64,000 bases of DNA from positions 270,082-334,081 of the forward strand of contig JBAZYN010000002.1 in assembly GCA_041659325.1 (NCBI GenBank), given 5' to 3'. A program made the position numbers and the translations under genes. Shown here one piece after another: positions 39,094-48,445 of this stretch. Each line of letters starts with the position of its first letter. Within the stretch, counting starts at the first letter, position 1. The notes under the pieces are model-generated. The model had not been told where the DNA came from and did not search any database. It worked only from the letters and a program-made list of their open reading frames with translations. This DNA comes from Candidatus Shapirobacteria bacterium. Its GTDB lineage: Bacteria; Patescibacteriota; Microgenomatia; UBA12405.

Positions 39094-40026
39094 ATGATAA
39101 TTAAAGAATTTGAAAAAGGATTCGATCCTTATGCCGAGGCTCGTTTTTTGGCAGGGTTGCCGTTAGGGGTGAGGAAGGCAGTATTGGAAAGCGAGATTAA
39201 AACGGCTGCGTATGAAGCGTATTTGGTCGAGTTTCGGAGAGATTACCAATGGCGGGAGGGGCGGATATATGATGCGGAATCGGAATTGTATATTTCTGAT
39301 TTAATCAGAAGTGGAAACCGGCCGGAGGAGGAAGCGGCAATGGCGGCGATAGAGGTTGGGTTGGAGAAAGGCAAGATGGTGGTAAATTTTAGTCCGAAAA
39401 ATGAAAAATATGATTATCCGCAAAATTGTGTTGATTTCTGGAGAAGATACGGAGATAAAATAATTTGGTTGAGATTTGTAACCACGGATGAGATAGAGGA
39501 TTTTAAAAGAGTTTGGGGGGAGTTGGGCGGGAAAGGGGAGGTAGCGGATAAATTTGAAATGTTGGCTAGACCGGTGGAAACGGATGAAAAGTTGGTTGAT
39601 GTGTTTGAAAGGTTGGAGGTGGCGAAGGAGAGCGGGGAGGTGACGAGAGAGAAAATATGTGAGACGGTGGCAAGATTAGTTTCAGAGTTTAGATCCGAGT
39701 TTGGTGAGGAGAGATTATTTCATTCGGAAACAATCTTCCGGTTATTTTCGGCAGTGATGGCCGAGATTGAGAGAGGAAATATGATAACGTTGGCAGACAT
39801 TCCAATCGATAGATATTTGTATGGAGAGATGATGAAGGTTCAGGTAAAAACCGGCGGGTGCGCAGGATTTAATACTATCGGTCAGTTTGCCCAGGGACAG
39901 GGCTATTTTGTGGTTTCCGGGGGTGAGGGGGTGAGGGTGATGAAGGGAATCGTCCCCGAGGGGTATAAGTTTTGCAGCAGATGTGGGGTATGGCATTCGG
40001 GGCAAAAATGCCCTTTTTGTGATTAG
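39094..40026 (+). CDS. hypothetical protein with C-terminal zinc ribbon
   Basis: 310 aa; FSP motif, GGC, CSRC...CPFC. Confidence 0.75.
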   Translation: MIIKEFEKGFDPYAEARFLAGLPLGVRKAVLESEIKTAAYEAYLVEFRRDYQWREGRIYDAESELYISDLIRSGNRPEEEAAMAAIEVGLEKGKMVVNFSPKNEKYDYPQNCVDFWRRYGDKIIWLRFVTTDEIEDFKRVWGELGGKGEVADKFEMLARPVETDEKLVDVFERLEVAKESGEVTREKICETVARLVSEFRSEFGEERLFHSETIFRLFSAVMAEIERGNMITLADIPIDRYLYGEMMKVQVKTGGCAGFNTIGQFAQGQGYFVVSGGEGVRVMKGIVPEGYKFCSRCGVWHSGQKCPFCD

Positions 40027-40046
40027 GGATTTGGTATCATTGGCTA

Positions 40047-40700
40047 ATGATTCTTGATCGGCGACAGAAATATTTGCAAGTAGCCCTAAACTCAACAATT
40101 AATGAAGCGATGAGGGTAATAGATAGATTGCCGGTGAGTGAAAGAGTAATTCTTGAGGCGGGGACGCCATTTATAAAACGATATGGGTTGTCGGCAATAA
40201 GGGATGTGCGGGCAGCCTGGGCGGCCAAGTGGTGGGGGCAGAAGGGAATTCCGTATGTGGTGGCGGATTTGAAAACAATGGACCGGGGCAGTACGGAGGT
40301 AATGATGGCCAGGGAAGCCGGAGCTAGTGCAGTAGTGGCGTTGGGCCAGTCGCCACTGGAAACTATTAACAGTTTTGTTGATTCGTGTGCGAAGTTGGGA
40401 GTAGACAGTATGCTGGATATGATGAACGTGGAGGCGCCGGTGAAAGTGTTGAGGAGGCTTAAAAAGCTTCCGGATGTAGTGATATTGCACCGGGGAGTAG
40501 ATGAGGAAGATTTTAACCGTGATAAGCCCGTGCCCTATATTCAGATAAACAAAATCAGAAGCAGTTTTGACGTAATGATTTCAATTGCGGGCGGGGATAC
40601 GATACGGGAGGTTAAGAGGGCGATTTTTAATGATGCGGATATCGTGGTGGTATGGCGGGATTTGAGTTTGGTAGAGGAGTTTTTGAAAGAGGTAAAGTAA
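40047..40700 (+). CDS. hexulose-6-phosphate synthase / OMP decarboxylase-fold protein
   Basis: YLQVAL, LEAGTPFIKRYG, VVADLKTMD, ILHRGVDEE, IAGG. Confidence 0.85.
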   Translation: MILDRRQKYLQVALNSTINEAMRVIDRLPVSERVILEAGTPFIKRYGLSAIRDVRAAWAAKWWGQKGIPYVVADLKTMDRGSTEVMMAREAGASAVVALGQSPLETINSFVDSCAKLGVDSMLDMMNVEAPVKVLRRLKKLPDVVILHRGVDEEDFNRDKPVPYIQINKIRSSFDVMISIAGGDTIREVKRAIFNDADIVVVWRDLSLVEEFLKEVK

Positions 40701-40749
40701 ACACTTTAGACGCGAGTTTGGTATAATCACTATTACTTTATATATCAAT

Positions 40750-41582
40750 ATGACTCGAGAAAGATCTGGTTTATATCTACGCTTCGGAGAGGAGGTGAGA
40801 AGTAAAAAAGGGAGGCAGTTGTGGCCGGAAAGAATGAGGTTTATTTCCGATCAATCTGAAAGTTTCAGCTTTGGAGGTTTGCAGGCGAGAGATCTACTGG
40901 CCGTAGTTTCTTGTGTGGGGGAAACGATAGGTCTGAGAGATGATGAAATACAGAGAGTGGAGTTTCTATTCGGTGATCATATAGCTGTTGAAAAAGAGGG
41001 GGTGTTCGTAATGTAACATGGGCGAGAACGTATCCGATTTATCAAGAAGACGAAGAAAATCCGGGCATAGCTGGCTGTTCGATAGTTATCAATCGATCGA
41101 GGGAAATTATCGAGTCGGCAATATTAGATGTCGCGGATGGAGGCAAAAGAAATTTTTCTGAGGATGGGGCGGAGGTAATATTTGATGAACCTTGGGAGTT
41201 GGTATGGTGGATTATTGCTGAAGAATTGATTCATGCGAAGGATTTTCTTCAGGCAGGGGATATACAGACGGTAGGTAGATGGCAGGAAAAGATGGACCAG
41301 ATTCGGGTGGGACAGAATTTGGGTCTGGTTGATGTGATGGAATTTTCGGCCTCAAGGATATGTACCAGGTTATTGGCGGCGGTTTGTTCTGATGTCATGG
41401 GGAACCTTGGCCGATCCAGTTATTATGAAGATAAGTACAGACAATCTTTGGGAGCAAAGGATATGGTACATGTGGACATCTCCAGAGTGTGGCGTCAAGT
41501 ATTTACGCCGACGGGGTTTGATTTAAATTCCTTGCCAAAAAGTGCGGAAAATCCGGGTATTAATACTGGAGCTAATGGATGA
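40750..41582 (+). pseudogene. hypothetical gene split by a single -1 frameshift at a G5 run
   Basis: Frame of 41199-41582 is open back to ~40990 and overlaps the end of ORF 40750-41016 at aaaaagagggggtg; AEELIH motif. Confidence 0.65.
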
Positions 41583-41597
41583 GTTGATTAAAAAAAA

Positions 41598-42479
41598 TTA
41601 TTGGGTATGTAATGATTTATTTTGTCTGAGAAGTTGAGGCAGAATGGCCGAGAGAAGAATAAAAAAGGTGCCGATGAGGGTGGTGACGGTGAGGGCTTCG
41701 TGAAAAAAGATAAAGCCAAAAAGCAGGCCAAAGATAATTTCGGCCAGGCCCAAGAGGCTGCCGATACTGGCGTCAAAGTGACGATAACCGATAATGGCCG
41801 CCCAGTTTGCCAGGATCATGGCGGCGGCATAAGCGAATTGAGCCAACCACGGAAAGGAGAGGTTTATAGCGGGCAGGGGATCGTGAAAAATCAGGCCAAG
41901 GAGGAAATTGGCGACTATACCGACGGAAAAATAGCCAATCATAATTTGGAATTCGTGATAGTTGCCGACTAATTTTTTGGGAAGAATAACGGTGGCACTG
42001 CCCATAAAGCCGGCGATAATAGTCAGTAGGGCAGGCAGATATTGGGCCGGTTGGAGCTGAAACCGGTAAATGGTAAACATACCGATAAAGGCCAAAAGGA
42101 GACTAATGAGTTTGATCAGATTGATAGTTTCTTTAAAAGCGACTTTTCCCAAAAGGTATCCACCGGTGACCAGAGAAGCATAAAAGAGCAAGGTAGCGGT
42201 ACCAATGGGCAGATATTTGAATCCATAAAAATAGGGCGCCTGATTAAGACCACCTGACAGGGCAATAATGATCAACCAGGGAAGATCGGTGCGGGAAAGA
42301 GGTTTGATAAATTTGAATTTATGGTTTAAAAGAATGATAAAGACCAGAAGAATTAAAGCCCGGGTCCAGGCTTGGGAAAACTCGCCAAAATTAGCCGACA
42401 TCAGTCGGGACCAAATGCCATAGGTGGCATAAAAAAAGGCTGAAGTAACAATCAGACCGGCGCCTTTGGTTTGAGTCAT
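41598..42479 (-). CDS. DMT/EamA family transporter
   Basis: ~10 TM helices in two repeats; LAEIIFG..FFHE. Confidence 0.9.
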   Translation of the reverse strand: MTQTKGAGLIVTSAFFYATYGIWSRLMSANFGEFSQAWTRALILLVFIILLNHKFKFIKPLSRTDLPWLIIIALSGGLNQAPYFYGFKYLPIGTATLLFYASLVTGGYLLGKVAFKETINLIKLISLLLAFIGMFTIYRFQLQPAQYLPALLTIIAGFMGSATVILPKKLVGNYHEFQIMIGYFSVGIVANFLLGLIFHDPLPAINLSFPWLAQFAYAAAMILANWAAIIGYRHFDASIGSLLGLAEIIFGLLFGFIFFHEALTVTTLIGTFFILLSAILPQLLRQNKSLHTQ

Positions 42480-42517
42480 GGTTGATTATAAGATTGAGGG
42501 GAGATAGAATACAGCTG

Positions 42518-43342
42518 ATGTCCGAACAAGCAGACAAAATATATCAGCTGCTTAAACCTTATGGCTTAGACCAAGAAGAATCAAATATATACCTATATTT
42601 GTTGGAAAAGGGCTCTACCAGTGCTTTGGGTATCAGCCGAGAGCTAGGGGTGGCCAGGACAAAAGTGTATAGAATTTTGGACAGACTAATTGAAAACGGC
42701 ATGGTAGTGTCGCAGGTAGCCAGCAGCGGCTTTAAATTTGTGGCTAGTGAACCGTTAAAGCTTCAAATGGAGCTAACCCGAAGAGAAGGGGAATTGGTGG
42801 GCTTAAGAAAGAATCTACCAGATTTGGTGGAAATGTTGGAAACGAGGTCGATGGCCGGGGTGGCGGGGTCAAAGATTTTATATTATCGGGGACAAAAGGG
42901 GCTGTCGCAGGTAAATTGGAATTTACTAAATGCCCGGGGGGAGTTTTTGAGCTACGAGGTAGCCACGGCCGATGCCTATATTCCGCAGGAAGAGGCGGAG
43001 AAGTTGAGAAAAGAGCTGGTAAAAAGAAAAATAGTGATCAGAACTTTGACCAATAAAACTTTGATAGAGCCGTTTACCAAAGTGGTGGAAATGGTGGAAA
43101 ACTATTGGCAGGTGAGATATATTCCAAAAGAAATCGTGGATGTAAGAATGGATATATTTATCTACAACAACATAATGGCAGTATGTCATTATCTGGAAAA
43201 AAAGGATGTGTTTTGCATGGAAATGATAAATGAGCCGATGGTGGAAATGCAAAAACAGATTTTTGAAAACCTGTGGAGCCAGGCCAAAATTATGGAGATT
43301 AAAAACAGTAACGGAGCGGCAGAAGTTATCGGGAGCCGGTGA
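42518..43342 (+). CDS. TrmB family transcriptional regulator
   Basis: GLDQEESNIYLYLL, RTKVYRILDRL, YYRGQKG, IFENLW; start set at MSEQ. Confidence 0.88.
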   Translation: MSEQADKIYQLLKPYGLDQEESNIYLYLLEKGSTSALGISRELGVARTKVYRILDRLIENGMVVSQVASSGFKFVASEPLKLQMELTRREGELVGLRKNLPDLVEMLETRSMAGVAGSKILYYRGQKGLSQVNWNLLNARGEFLSYEVATADAYIPQEEAEKLRKELVKRKIVIRTLTNKTLIEPFTKVVEMVENYWQVRYIPKEIVDVRMDIFIYNNIMAVCHYLEKKDVFCMEMINEPMVEMQKQIFENLWSQAKIMEIKNSNGAAEVIGSR

Positions 43343-43468
43343 GTTTTTAAAACCTTCAAGAATCTCGATGGGGAGGGCAAAGCGGTAACATCAACTCCCC
43401 AATCGGTGGCTTCCCGGTCAATAATGGTTTTTATTTCACCACTTAATTTTTGACGTTCGGTCAAAAGG
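43339..43468 (-). pseudogene. decayed relic of the SPFH gene (45195-45283 segment joined to the 3' end)
   Basis: TERQKLSGEIKTIIDREATDWGVDVTA versus TERQKLSDEIKTIVDQETTDWGVDVTA, then a frameshifted FALPIEILEGFK. Confidence 0.85.
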
Positions 43469-43470
43469 CA

Positions 43471-43548
43471 GTTTTTAATGACGCCGATATTGTAGTGGTA
43501 TGGCGGGATTTGAGTTTGGTGGAGGAGCTTTTGAAAGAAATTAAATAA
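43471..43548 (+). repeat. diverged copy of the 3' end of the HPS-like gene (40623-40700)
   Basis: FNDADIVVVWRDLSLVEELLKEIK* versus FNDADIVVVWRDLSLVEEFLKEVK*; mostly synonymous changes. Confidence 0.9.
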
Positions 43549-43576
43549 AATTAAATTTCTGTTGGCTAATTTTTGC

Positions 43577-43831
43577 CTACCAGGTTGTTTTCTGTCTAAC
43601 TCCCCTCACTTTTATTTCTCCTGCCGCTATAGCATTGTGTCGTTTGCCTAAATCTTGAAGATATGAAACTACTGCCGGGGGGTCGCATAGGGCTTCTCGT
43701 AATCTTGCCGTGGCTTGATTATATTCAGCCAAAGATCCAAATCGTTTTCTAGTATCTTCACTACCGGTTTCTATAAACTCTCTTCCGGTTCTTATCATCT
43801 GTAATGCCAATCTTTCTATGTTTGGATTCAT
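43577..43831 (-). CDS. hypothetical protein
   Basis: 84-aa ATG ORF. Confidence 0.55.
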   Translation of the reverse strand: MNPNIERLALQMIRTGREFIETGSEDTRKRFGSLAEYNQATARLREALCDPPAVVSYLQDLGKRHNAIAAGEIKVRGVRQKTTW

Positions 43832-44027
43832 AAATTTAAGTCGATGATACTACTATATTGGGGTTATGTCCATCATAAATATTTTACTTCTGACAATCCT
43901 TCTCCAAAATTTTTTTTGTCTAGATTATACCTATAAATTATTTTGGGATTTTGGGGAAGAAAGCGAGATTGATGAGAACAATAAACGATAATGGAGAAGC
44001 GGGGGTTGTGGGGAGTTATAATAAGAA

Positions 44028-44240
44028 GTGGCCAAAATAGAATTGGGGGGAGTAATAAATATGACTAATGCGGTATCAGGTTTGTTGCAGGTGGTTTTGG
44101 GAGTACCTTGGTATTTTTCTGAACCTGCGGTGGAGAAAGCAAGGCAGAGAGTTGACTTTGAATTAAGGCAGACGGGAATTGCGACTAGGAATTTTGTTGG
44201 ATGGTGGGAAGGGGAAATGATCAGAGACTGGCAAAGGTAA
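44028..44240 (+). CDS. small hypothetical protein
   Basis: 70-aa GTG ORF shortly after GTTATAAT. Confidence 0.5.
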   Translation: MAKIELGGVINMTNAVSGLLQVVLGVPWYFSEPAVEKARQRVDFELRQTGIATRNFVGWWEGEMIRDWQR

Positions 44241-44310
44241 GTTTATTTTCCGGTCAATTTTTTGAAGCCTTCGAGAATTTCGATGGGGAGGGCAAAGACG
44301 ATGGTGTTTG
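44241..44310 (-). repeat. 70-bp copy of the SPFH gene 3' end (44911-44980)
   Basis: First 53 bp identical; 4 mismatches, all synonymous in NTIVFA. Confidence 0.95.
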
Positions 44311-44315
44311 TATAA

Positions 44316-44895
44316 GTGGGCGATTCATGAATCGCCCATACACAAATTTTTATTTTATTTATTAAAAAACCAGTTTTTAGGATTATTTTTAACGTAGTAT
44401 CGGTAGGCGAGTAATTCTTTTTTGTTTCTGATTATGTGTTCGTAATAATTTCGTAGCCAGACTTTTTCTGTTTTTAACAAAGATTTTCCCATAATTTCTT
44501 TAGCAGTGTTCATTTTGAAATATCCAATAACTTGAGGAAGTAATTGGCGATGGTTGTGGGTGGGCGAATCGTAATTTGCCCTTACACAAATCGTCTTTCC
44601 GAAAAAATTACCTTTTATAAGAATAATTAAATGCATGTGATTTGGCATTAGTTGATAACAATCGATGTATATTTCGGGATAACGTGTTGGAAGATAATTA
44701 ATCCATTTATCAATAATTGTTCCTACGGTGTTGGATATAAATATATTATCCTTGATGTCGCCAAAAATAAATTCATGTTTAAAAGTATCAATGGTAACAA
44801 AATAGTAGCCAGGTCGAGAGTAATTTCGGTGGTATAGACGGATTGTGTGTCGTTTATTTTCCATTAGTGTATGGGCGAATCATGATTCGCCCATA
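44316..44895 (-). mobile_element. REP-associated tyrosine transposase element with flanking REP hairpins
   Basis: REPs gtgggcgattcatgaatcgcccatacac (44316-44343) and gtgtatgggcgaatcatgattcgcccata (44867-44895); third copy inside the CDS (44560-44587). Confidence 0.88.
44355..44864 (-). CDS. REP-associated tyrosine (Y1/HUH) transposase
   Basis: YFVTI, MPNHMH, WLRNYYEHIIR, YVKNNP. Confidence 0.92.
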   Translation of the reverse strand: MENKRHTIRLYHRNYSRPGYYFVTIDTFKHEFIFGDIKDNIFISNTVGTIIDKWINYLPTRYPEIYIDCYQLMPNHMHLIILIKGNFFGKTICVRANYDSPTHNHRQLLPQVIGYFKMNTAKEIMGKSLLKTEKVWLRNYYEHIIRNKKELLAYRYYVKNNPKNWFFNK

Positions 44896-44912
44896 AAAAT
44901 GGGTGACTATGT

Positions 44913-45656
44913 TTATTTTCCGGTCAATTTTTTGAAGCCTTCGAGAATTTCGATGGGGAGGGCGAAAACAATAGTGTTTGAGGGGTTGGCCATGGTGGCT
45001 TCGACGGTTTGGAGAGTACGAAGAGAGATGGCGCCTGATTCGGATAAACCTTTCATGGCCTTGTTTAGGTTTTCCGAGGCGGTTAGTTCACCATTGGCTC
45101 TGATGATGGTGGCGCGGCGTTCACGTTCGGCTTCGGCCTGTTTGGCCATAACCCGTTTCATATCGGCCGGGACTTCAATGTCCTGAATTTTTATAGCGGT
45201 AACGTCAACTCCCCAGTCAGTGGTTTCCTGATCAACTATAGTTTTTATTTCATCGCTTAATTTTTGACGTTCGGTTAAAAGAGCATCAAGCTCAACCCCG
45301 CCGATAACATCGCGGAGGGCAGTTTGGGCGTATTGGGTAATAGCGTAGGAAAAATCTTTGATTTTTAAAATAGCGTCTTCGGGTTTTATAACCTGAAAGT
45401 AAACAACGGCATTGATGCCGACGGGGACATTATCTTTGGTAATTACTTCCTGTTGGGGGATGTCGGCGGTGGTAATGCGGATGTCGACTTTTATAACCCG
45501 CTGAACAATGGGAAAGACTAATTTTAAACCCGGATTGAGGGTGTAGGAATAGGTGCCGAGAGTGAGGACAATGCCCCGCTCATATTGGTTTATTATGATG
45601 ATTGATTTGGCCAGAAGATAAATGACGATGAGGATTGTAATTAATGTTGGTACCAT
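44913..45656 (-). CDS. SPFH/stomatin-like (slipin) protein
   Basis: QYERG, QEVITKDNV, AQTALRDVIG, WGVDV, AKQAEAERERRA. Confidence 0.95.
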   Translation of the reverse strand: MVPTLITILIVIYLLAKSIIIINQYERGIVLTLGTYSYTLNPGLKLVFPIVQRVIKVDIRITTADIPQQEVITKDNVPVGINAVVYFQVIKPEDAILKIKDFSYAITQYAQTALRDVIGGVELDALLTERQKLSDEIKTIVDQETTDWGVDVTAIKIQDIEVPADMKRVMAKQAEAERERRATIIRANGELTASENLNKAMKGLSESGAISLRTLQTVEATMANPSNTIVFALPIEILEGFKKLTGK

Positions 45657-45735
45657 AGTTATATTGTATGGCAGGTTGGCACGGGGGTCAATGGGGGTTT
45701 GGTCTTATTTCGTGGTTTTTGTGGTAGAATCAGGT

Positions 45736-45924
45736 ATGGCTGATAAAAAAGAGGGGGGTTTGGTTCATCATGGGGTGGTGGATGTGGCTCAATTGGTAGT
45801 TGGAGCTGGTTTCGTTGTCATGTTTTGCAGAGGAGGGTTTGTTTTGGGGGCGGTTGGTGTGGCTGCCGATGTGTGGATGTGGAATAGACGGCATACCAAG
45901 GCGGAAATGCCGGCGACCAGGTAA
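45736..45924 (+). CDS. small membrane protein
   Basis: MADKKEGGLVHH... with two hydrophobic segments; TAGAAT 5 nt upstream. Confidence 0.55.
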   Translation: MADKKEGGLVHHGVVDVAQLVVGAGFVVMFCRGGFVLGAVGVAADVWMWNRRHTKAEMPATR

Positions 45925-45929
45925 AGGGT

Positions 45930-46574
45930 TTATTCGTTTTTCTTGAGCCATTTTTCTCTTTTGAGAAAAAGAAAGCCAAGCATTAAACCGGCGCCGATAA
46001 CGGTTAAGAGAGATTCGATTTTATCAAGCCCGTGGGCCAGACCAATAAACGCTTCTCCCATCTCAAAGCCGATGAATCCCAGGATGGTGGCTCTGATGAG
46101 CAAGGCCACAAAAACCATGGGATAAAATTTGGAGGGAGGGATTTTGAAACCGCCGCAAAAGGCGGTAATTAACGAAACGGGGACAATCGGGATGGAGCAG
46201 GCGACAAGGATAAAGAGCTCGTCGGCGATTGTTTTTTGAAAATCGGCTTTGATTTTTTCGATTAACTTCCAGCTGACACCGATATATTTGCCAAATTTAT
46301 CAATGAGGGGTTTGCCGCCATAGAAGGCAATAAAATAAACCAAACTGGTGCCAAGGGTAGCGCCAATAGTGTAGGGAAGAGTGACTTTGTTGAAGATTTG
46401 CCAGATGGCTTCAAAAATCGGTAGGTTTCTGTCGACGATTAAAGCGCCGCCGGCCATGGTGATAATGGGAGAAGGAATGGGGACGATGATTTGTTCGATA
46501 AAACCTCCGCCAAACATGGCCAGGAGGGCGTTGGTTTTGATGAGGTCAAGAATTGAGTTGAGGATGTGGGTCAT
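45930..46574 (-). CDS. DedA/VTT family membrane protein
   Basis: EQIIVPIPS, GATLG, YGGKPLIDKFGKY; start MTHIL. Confidence 0.85.
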   Translation of the reverse strand: MTHILNSILDLIKTNALLAMFGGGFIEQIIVPIPSPIITMAGGALIVDRNLPIFEAIWQIFNKVTLPYTIGATLGTSLVYFIAFYGGKPLIDKFGKYIGVSWKLIEKIKADFQKTIADELFILVACSIPIVPVSLITAFCGGFKIPPSKFYPMVFVALLIRATILGFIGFEMGEAFIGLAHGLDKIESLLTVIGAGLMLGFLFLKREKWLKKNE

Positions 46575-46581
46575 GGGAAGA

Positions 46582-46616
46582 TTGTAAACTGTAAACGGCA
46601 AACTGTAAACTGCAAT
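46582..46616 (+). repeat. heptamer array (TGTAAAC-type)
   Basis: tgtaaactgtaaacggcaaactgtaaactgcaatt. Confidence 0.75.
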
Positions 46617-46644
46617 TGAGACGGTATTCGGTTAAAATGGACAG

Positions 46645-47484
46645 ATGACAGAATTTGATTTGAAATATCAACAGGCTTTGAGAGAAATAATGGAGAAGGG
46701 GATTGAAGAGATTAATGAGCGAACAGGGCACAAGACCAAGGCGTTGCCCGGGGTGACTTTTTCCATTACGGCAGGATTTCCGGTGTTGACCTTGAGACGA
46801 ATTCCGGTAAGGATTTTTGTGGCAGAACAGATTTGGTTTTTGATGGGGAGCCGAAGACCGTCGGAGTTTTTAAATAATTTCACCAAAATTTGGGATGATT
46901 TTACTAATGTCGATGGAGCAGTAAGTACGGCTTATGGTTATCGGTGGCGGCATCATTTTGGCCGTGATCAGATTGCGGGCCTGGTGGAATTATTGGAAAA
47001 ACAACCATCTTCGAGGCATGGAGTGGTGATAACTTGGGATCCGGCTGACGACGGGCTGATGTCGAGCTTGGGGGGGAGATATAAGAAAAATGTGCCTTGC
47101 CCATTTTGCTTTGTGGTAAATATTATCGGTGGCAAATTGAATATGCACAATATTGTTCGATCAAACGATATGATCTTGGGATGCCCACATGACGTGGGTG
47201 GATTTGCCCTGCTACAATGTATTTTGGCGGCCAGATTGGGAGTAGAAGTGGGAACTTACACTCATACTATTTCCAATGCCCATGTTTACGATATTCACTA
47301 TGAAGTGGCCAAAGAGCTAATCGGCCGGAAAAATGATCATGAGGAGATAAAGTTGACTCCCAAAAAAGAGTGGTTAAAGCGGGCTGAAGACGCCCAGGTG
47401 GCTTTGGCGGAAGAAATTGTGGAGCAAATAAAAAGCCAATATAAGCCGATGAGTCCAATTAATGGTTTGCAGATAGTTTTGTGA
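46645..47484 (+). CDS. thyA: thymidylate synthase family protein with Asp at the base-specificity position
   Basis: RTG, EQIWF, YGYRWR, DQI, PC, RSND...GCPHD, AHVY. Confidence 0.88.
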   Translation: MTEFDLKYQQALREIMEKGIEEINERTGHKTKALPGVTFSITAGFPVLTLRRIPVRIFVAEQIWFLMGSRRPSEFLNNFTKIWDDFTNVDGAVSTAYGYRWRHHFGRDQIAGLVELLEKQPSSRHGVVITWDPADDGLMSSLGGRYKKNVPCPFCFVVNIIGGKLNMHNIVRSNDMILGCPHDVGGFALLQCILAARLGVEVGTYTHTISNAHVYDIHYEVAKELIGRKNDHEEIKLTPKKEWLKRAEDAQVALAEEIVEQIKSQYKPMSPINGLQIVL

Positions 47485-47999
47485 AAATAATTTTGGTGAA
47501 TGCGGTGAGTGTGGATGGAAAAATTGCCCAATCTGGGACAGATGAGCTTAAATGGACCGGAAGCGAGGATAAAAAATGGTTTGCCGATGTAAGCAAAAAA
47601 GCGGGAGTAATAATAATGGGAAGAAAAGCCTATGAGGTATTGGGGAAACCATTGAAAGATAGGCTGATAAAGGTGATGACGCGGCAACCGACGAAGTACA
47701 AAGATGTGGCAGGGCGGGTTGAATTTTCAGACAAAAGCCCGGGGGAGACGATAAGAGAGTTAAGCGATCGGAACTATGAGGAGGTGATAATCGGAGGGGG
47801 GGCGAAGATAAATACCATATTTCTGAAAGAGAAATTGATTGATGAGATTTGGCTGTCGGTGATACCGGTGGTTTTGGGAAAAGGCTTGGAGATTTTTGAT
47901 AATAAGATAAAAGAAAAAGTTGAGTTAGAGCTTTTGGAATCAGAAAAGCTGGGAATCAATGGGGTGGTGGTGAAATACAAATTAATTTATCGTCTGTAG
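47481..47999 (+). CDS. folA: dihydrofolate reductase
   Basis: SVDGKIA, DKKWF, IMGRK, PLKDR, IGGG, IDEIWL; overlaps thyA. Confidence 0.85.
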   Translation: MKIILVNAVSVDGKIAQSGTDELKWTGSEDKKWFADVSKKAGVIIMGRKAYEVLGKPLKDRLIKVMTRQPTKYKDVAGRVEFSDKSPGETIRELSDRNYEEVIIGGGAKINTIFLKEKLIDEIWLSVIPVVLGKGLEIFDNKIKEKVELELLESEKLGINGVVVKYKLIYRL

Positions 48000-48430
48000 A
48001 TTTGATATGAGTCGTCCCGAAGGTAGACGTGAAGGATATTATGCTTGATAATATGAGCCCAACAATTTTGACAACACCACCAGTGGCCGTCAAGGTAGAG
48101 GTCGGAGCCGGTGGGGTCGTGATGGGTTTTTAGGGCGTTTTGGATGGCCATCACTTCGGCGTGCCCCTCTTGGTGGCAAATTTCCCGACAAAGATGGTAA
48201 CCCTGCCCGGTGGGGTAATGTTGTTGGACTCGCGGACAAACTTTGACTGAAATGCCGGCGTTACTGCCACGGCCGATTATCTGCTCGTCTTTAACCACAA
48301 TAGCACCGGTGGGCTGTTTAACACAGGATTTTGAGTTTTTTTGAGCAGTGGCAGCAAGCATAAAGGGGTGGTTGGCGGGAACATATTCGATAAGTCTACC
48401 GGGGGGTAAATAAGGGTAGCTAATAGCCAT
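47987..48430 (-). CDS. dCMP deaminase / ComEB-like zinc deaminase
   Basis: SC..TGAIVV..GSN, CPR, HAE, WCCQNC. Confidence 0.85.
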   Translation of the reverse strand: MAISYPYLPPGRLIEYVPANHPFMLAATAQKNSKSCVKQPTGAIVVKDEQIIGRGSNAGISVKVCPRVQQHYPTGQGYHLCREICHQEGHAEVMAIQNALKTHHDPTGSDLYLDGHWWCCQNCWAHIIKHNILHVYLRDDSYQIYRR

Positions 48431-48445
48431 AATAATTATGTTATC

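Noticed and set aside
15188-44980. Diversity-generating retroelement (Avd-like gene plus near-identical repeat pairs at gene 3' ends)
   Set aside because: No reverse transcriptase in the window, and the mismatches are mostly synonymous third-position changes rather than adenine-specific diversification
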